Assembly: GCA_965214565.1 (NCBI GenBank)
Contig: OZ243951.1
Span: forward strand, 2,579,166 to 2,643,165
Origin: Candidatus Aldehydirespiratoraceae bacterium
GTDB lineage: Bacteria > Actinomycetota > Acidimicrobiia > Acidimicrobiales > Aldehydirespiratoraceae
Length of the DNA stretch: 64,000 bases
Reading direction: 5' to 3'
Shown here: positions 59,599-64,000 of the stretch, piece by piece
How positions within the stretch are numbered: position 1 is the first letter of the stretch
Layout of the letters: every line of letters begins with the position of its first letter
Notes under the pieces: model-generated
Database searches by the model: none
Seen by the model: only the letters and a program-made list of their open reading frames with translations
Told to the model about the DNA's origin: nothing
Made by a program: the position numbers and the translations under genes

Positions 59599-60314
59599 GC
59601 AATGCATACGATGAATCGGCCGATCAGATCGGTTGCATCGACGGCTCGGTCCTTCGTGTAACCATGTGCGGAACGGAGGTCCACCTGAAATTCGGTGACA
59701 AGATCGCGCCGCTTTCCCATATGGCAGTTGAGCGCCTAACGACGCTGCTGCAATCAAAGAGCCGAGACAGTCCTGTATCGGTCGCAGCACCGAAAGGGCC
59801 GTCTCGACGCATGGGCGCGGCTGTCAATCCCGGTGTTGCCGAACTCCTCGGGACCGGTCTCGTCGACGACGGCACCGTACTCACGCTTCGCCACCGTGGA
59901 ATTGAGCACACCGCGACTGTGAGCGCGAACGGTCAGATCGCATTCGACGGACGTCTCTACGACAGCCCGTCGGGTGCTGCACAGGCTGCTTGTGAGGGTG
60001 CATCCGTGAACGGCTGGACCGCATGGAAGCTCTTCGACGGTTCGGCTATCGACGAGAAGCGCTGGCTGTTTCGCGCCGGTGACTTTCCGGGCCAAGGCCA
60101 CAGCTACGCGGATTCCAGCGCAAAGGAAATGCGACAAATTGCCCTCAGGTGGGTGGAGCACGCACTAGATGCCCGTCTTGACCCAGCCGAACCCGGCGAC
60201 GAAGTTGAGGTCTTTCTTGGCGGCCATGGGTATGCGGAAAGCACCTTGGAGTCGTATCGAAGGCACCTCCGTAATTGGCGAGACCTTTACGGCGGTGGCG
60301 CGGCAGAGCGATGA
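59595..60314 (+). CDS. RAMA/DUF4357-like domain protein
   Basis: VAELLGTGLVDDGTVLTLRHRGIEHTATVSANGQIAFDGRLYDSPSGAAQAACEGASVNGWTAWKLFDG; ATGA overlap with upstream methyltransferase frame. Confidence 0.75.
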   Translation: MSNAYDESADQIGCIDGSVLRVTMCGTEVHLKFGDKIAPLSHMAVERLTTLLQSKSRDSPVSVAAPKGPSRRMGAAVNPGVAELLGTGLVDDGTVLTLRHRGIEHTATVSANGQIAFDGRLYDSPSGAAQAACEGASVNGWTAWKLFDGSAIDEKRWLFRAGDFPGQGHSYADSSAKEMRQIALRWVEHALDARLDPAEPGDEVEVFLGGHGYAESTLESYRRHLRNWRDLYGGGAAER

Positions 60315-60354
60315 GCGCCTCTCAACTCGAGCACTGCGGGGATTCGCCTGGTTT

Positions 60355-60669
60355 TCAGGTCTCTGCCTCTTCGTCTTCAGGGAGGAAGTACGACGTTCCG
60401 TCGTCGCGGAACACCCGCATCCTGATGATTCCCTGCCTTCCCAGGTCTACGAGCGAACCGGGGTACAGGTGCCTGAGCACATCGCGTTCCTCCTCGAGCA
60501 GTGAGGTCAAGCTTCCCGGTGGGAATCTGCCGCAAGGAAACTTTCTCTCGAACTCCTCGAACGCGGCCTGCTTCTCCTCGAGAGGACGAAGATGGGGCGG
60601 CACTGCCGGACGCTCGCCCGGATCGAATTCGTTCTGCCCTTCGGTGGCGTGGCGGCCAGCATTTATCAT
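60355..60669 (-). CDS. Hypothetical protein (uncertain gene), antisense to the locus
   Basis: 104-aa charged ORF MINAGRHATEGQNEFDPGERPAVPPHLRPLEEKQAAFEEFERKFPCGRFPPGSL... Confidence 0.45.
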   Translation of the reverse strand: MINAGRHATEGQNEFDPGERPAVPPHLRPLEEKQAAFEEFERKFPCGRFPPGSLTSLLEEERDVLRHLYPGSLVDLGRQGIIRMRVFRDDGTSYFLPEDEEAET

Positions 60670-60735
60670 GAATCCGATGCTACAGAGATTTCATGCAATT
60701 GCAACTACTTTTGATTCTGGGCTCGGAGTAGCGGC

Positions 60736-63700
60736 ATGAATGGGAATGTGAAGCCGGAGTTCGTCGTCAATCGTGACGGTAGGACAGTGTCTGAGGCGCT
60801 CTCCGGGTTCATCTCCCATGCGGCCACCGGGTTTGTCGGTGGGGCATCCCTCGATGTCGTCACCGCCTACTTCAACGTCGGCGGCTACGCGTTGCTCGCT
60901 GATTCGCTGAACCAACTCACCGGTGTGCGACTGCTCCTCGGAGCGGAGCCGACCCCGCCGGAGAACCCCCGCAGGGAGCTGCACTCGGAGTCGGCGAATC
61001 CCCAGCGGGCAGCGCGTAGCCGTTTGCGTCGAGCGCTCGACGGTCATGAGCAGAACCTCATCATCGAGCGGGACCACCTCGGATTCAGTCAGGAAGTCGA
61101 TGCCGCGACTCGCCGACTGCTTGAGTGGCTTCAACTCGACACGGTCCAGGTGCGCCGGCTTGAGCACCGCTTCATCCACGGCAAGGCGTTCCTGGTCAGC
61201 GACCATTCCCACGGTGTGGTGGCCGGATCGTCGAACCTCACGTATGCCGGGTTGACGACCAACCTGGAGTTGAACCTCGGGAACTATTCCCCTCACGTCG
61301 TCGGGCAGGTGAAGGACTGGTTCGATGAGTTGTGGGCCGAGGCGGTCGACTACGACCTCGCAGCGCTGTTCGAGTCCCGCTTCGAGCCCCATTCCCCGCA
61401 GCTCGTGTACCTGCGGATGCTGTGGGAGTTCTACGGCTCGGAATTACAGGATGAGGCGTCGTCCGAAGGGGCATCGCAGATCCACCTGACCTCTTTCCAG
61501 TCCGACGGGCTGTTCCGTGCTCGACGCATCCTCGAAGAGCGTAACGGGGTGCTGATCGCCGATGAGGTCGGTTTGGGCAAGACGTTCCTGGCGGGGGAGT
61601 TGATTCGCGAAGCGGCGCTGGATCGTCGCCAGCGAGTACTGGTCATCACGCCGGCCACGCTGCGCGACGGGCCGTGGAAGGCGTTCAGGTCAGAGCACAA
61701 CCTGCCCATGGAGCTCGTGTCGTATGAAGAGCTCATGGCCGACGCTCGTTTGAACCCGGAGCACGCGTCGGCACACAAACTCGAAGCCACGATCAACGAC
61801 TACGCGATGGTGGTGATCGACGAAGCCCACAATCTGCGCAATCCCAGTACACAACGGGCATCTGCGATCCGCACGCTGTTGGCCGGATCACCGCCCAAGA
61901 AGCTGGTGATGCTCACCGCCACCCCGGTGAACAACAGCTTGTGGGACCTGTACCACCTGCTCGGATACTTCCTGCGCAACGACGCTGCGTTCGCCGATGC
62001 AGGCATCCGCTCGCTCCGCGACCACTTCGCCAAGGCGATGAATCTAGACCCAGACGACCTGACCCCTGAGCATCTCTTCGACGTGCTCGACGCGGTGGCG
62101 GTACGGCGAACTCGGTCGTTCGTCAAACGCTTCTATCCCAATGACACGATCAGGGTCCGCGGCAAGGAGCAGGCCATCGTCTTTCCGACCCCACGGGTCC
62201 GCAAGATCGACTACAGGCTCGACGATGTGCTGCCCGGATTCTTTGACCGGTTCGCTCATGCCCTCGACCCCGAAGCCGGCGCCGATGATCCTGATGCTCT
62301 CAGCCTGGCACGGTACGCCCCGTCTCAGTATCACCTCGACAACGGGGTTGAGGCGTATGAAGTCCAGCTCGCAGGCCTGCTGCGGTCGGGTTTGCTGAAA
62401 CGCTTCGAGTCTTCACCGTACGCCTTCGCCGAGACATGCCAGAAGATGGCCACGAGTCACGACGCATTCCTGTCGTTGCTCAACAACGGGCGTGTGGCCA
62501 CCGGCGATGCTCTGGCCGACTGGATCGCCACCGATTCCGACGAGATCGACGAGGCACATGCCGACACCTACCTCGACGCGATCGTCGGAGTGACCGACGA
62601 CGCTGCGGCCTATGACCTCGACCGCCTCCGTGAGCACGCCGAACGTGACCGAGACCTGCTCAGGTCCTTCGCGGCCGAGGCCCGAACCGTCACTCGATCC
62701 GATGATCCCAATTTGACTGTTCTGGTTGAGGAGCTTGCCGCTATCGCAGCCGAAGCTGCATCCGAAGGCATCGGTCCTGCCGATGAAGGAAACCGTCGCA
62801 AGGTGCTCATCTTCAGCTACTTTGCCGACACGGTCGACTGGATCTATGAACATCTCGTCGCCGTGGCGCAGAGCGATCAACGCCTAGCCCCATACAGGGA
62901 CCGCATCGCGTCGTTGTCCGGCAGTTCTGGCACTGACAGCAAGAAGTCGGTGCTCTGGGGATTCGCACCTCAAACCACCGATGCTCCTGAAGGCTTCAAC
63001 GATGACCTGTTCGACATTGTCGTGACGACCGACGTGCTCGCGGAAGGAGTCAACCTCCAACAGGCCCGCCACATCATCAACTACGATCTGCCCTGGAACC
63101 CGATGCGCCTGGTTCAACGACACGGACGGATCGACCGCATCGGGTCGCACCACAAAGAAGTCTTCCTGAGCTGCGTCTTCCCCGACGACCGTCTCGACGA
63201 TCTGCTCGGTCTCGAAGAACGCTTGCACACCAAACTCGCCCAAGCAGCCGCCAGCGTCGGCGTGGGCGAGGTGCTTCCCGACCAGGCCGCTCAGGTTGAG
63301 ATCAACTTCACCGAGACGCGAGAGGAGATCGAACGCCTTCGCAACGAGGATGCAGCAATCTTGGAACGGGGCGGCACCGGCCGAGGCGCACTGTCAGGCG
63401 AGGAGTTCCGCCAAGAACTGCGCCAGGCGCTCGAAGACAACGACCTGGCGCATCAGATCAAAGCGCTCCCCTGGGGATCGGGGTCGGGAATGGCGGTCGC
63501 ACCCGACGGGCGACCCGGTTACGTGTTCTGCGCCCGGATCGGCGACCACCCCCGACCGCTGTTCCGCTTTGTCGAGACCGGACCCGAGGCAGAAGTGGTC
63601 GACGAGACTCTGGCCTGCCTTCACATGGCCCGCCCCCCCTCAGGCTTCAATACGGAGCGGCGGTTGGCCGACACTGCCATCCATGGTGCCTTCGCTGCCT

Positions 63701-64000
63701 GGGAAACCGCCCGAGACCACATTGTCGACGGCTGGAACTTCATGGCCGACAAAGCCAACCTGGAACCGAAGATCGTCCCGCGCCTCCGCCGAGCGGCGGA
63801 GATCCTCCGAGAGAACCCACCGTCCCGACTGACTCAGGATGCGATCGACCGGGCCATCGACGCCATCAATGCCCCCTACTCTGAACGCACCATCAGAACC
63901 TTCCAAAAAGCCATGCAGAGCACCGGCGATCCGTCCGAACAAGCTGAAAAAATCCTCGGAGTGATCGACTCCCTGGGTCTGGAACCCTACGTCCCCCCTG
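60736..64000 (+). CDS. HKD/PLD-like domain fused to SNF2-type helicase, C-terminus beyond window
   Basis: Frame open from ATG 60736 to the end: HRFIHGKAFLVSDHSHGVVAGSSNLTYAGL, GVLIADEVGLGKTFLAGELI, VVIDEAHNLRN, KLVMLTATPVNNSLWDLY, QRHGRIDRIGSHHKEVFL. Not listed in the ORF track. Confidence 0.92.
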   Translation, partial: MNGNVKPEFVVNRDGRTVSEALSGFISHAATGFVGGASLDVVTAYFNVGGYALLADSLNQLTGVRLLLGAEPTPPENPRRELHSESANPQRAARSRLRRALDGHEQNLIIERDHLGFSQEVDAATRRLLEWLQLDTVQVRRLEHRFIHGKAFLVSDHSHGVVAGSSNLTYAGLTTNLELNLGNYSPHVVGQVKDWFDELWAEAVDYDLAALFESRFEPHSPQLVYLRMLWEFYGSELQDEASSEGASQIHLTSFQSDGLFRARRILEERNGVLIADEVGLGKTFLAGELIREAALDRRQRVLVITPATLRDGPWKAFRSEHNLPMELVSYEELMADARLNPEHASAHKLEATINDYAMVVIDEAHNLRNPSTQRASAIRTLLAGSPPKKLVMLTATPVNNSLWDLYHLLGYFLRNDAAFADAGIRSLRDHFAKAMNLDPDDLTPEHLFDVLDAVAVRRTRSFVKRFYPNDTIRVRGKEQAIVFPTPRVRKIDYRLDDVLPGFFDRFAHALDPEAGADDPDALSLARYAPSQYHLDNGVEAYEVQLAGLLRSGLLKRFESSPYAFAETCQKMATSHDAFLSLLNNGRVATGDALADWIATDSDEIDEAHADTYLDAIVGVTDDAAAYDLDRLREHAERDRDLLRSFAAEARTVTRSDDPNLTVLVEELAAIAAEAASEGIGPADEGNRRKVLIFSYFADTVDWIYEHLVAVAQSDQRLAPYRDRIASLSGSSGTDSKKSVLWGFAPQTTDAPEGFNDDLFDIVVTTDVLAEGVNLQQARHIINYDLPWNPMRLVQRHGRIDRIGSHHKEVFLSCVFPDDRLDDLLGLEERLHTKLAQAAASVGVGEVLPDQAAQVEINFTETREEIERLRNEDAAILERGGTGRGALSGEEFRQELRQALEDNDLAHQIKALPWGSGSGMAVAPDGRPGYVFCARIGDHPRPLFRFVETGPEAEVVDETLACLHMARPPSGFNTERRLADTAIHGAFAAWETARDHIVDGWNFMADKANLEPKIVPRLRRAAEILRENPPSRLTQDAIDRAIDAINAPYSERTIRTFQKAMQSTGDPSEQAEKILGVIDSLGLEPYVPP

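Overview
High-GC actinobacterial (probably Acidimicrobiia-like, inferred from gene content and order) chromosome segment. Window layout: (1) pyrC(3' part)-carA-carB-pyrD, mihF, gmk, rpoZ, coaBC, metK, priA-like, def, fmt, rsmB, moaB-like, ribD, hisG, infC-rpmI-rplT, pheST. (2) A taurine dissimilation locus (25.1-34.5 kb): class III aminotransferase, ABC transporter, pta, tetR, xsc. Its substrate-binding lipoprotein contains two nearly identical full-length domains fused in tandem. (3) A minus-strand two-gene operon whose second gene carries an in-frame UGA in a UGSC-type motif, followed by a SECIS-like hairpin; the ORF track splits it into two pieces. (4) A SUF Fe-S cluster region with two sufC paralogs, then an acyl-CoA dehydrogenase, aceE, rnhA and others. 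(5) A defence-island-like end (55.2-64 kb): Eco57I/PglX-type adenine methyltransferase, a RAMA/DUF4357-like protein, and an HKD(PLD)-SNF2 helicase that runs off the window and is absent from the ORF track. The methyltransferase gene is interrupted by a 16-G tract, a (CA)10 tract and several diverged out-of-frame tandem repeats, suggesting phase/antigenic variation, decay or assembly error. Other notable items are a 14-bp start-codon repeat between pheS and pheT, a 15-bp repeat between carB and pyrD, and a leader-like element with an extended Shine-Dalgarno, a 13-codon ORF and a strong terminator at 47.77-48.02 kb. All family names come from reading the translations; no database search was run.
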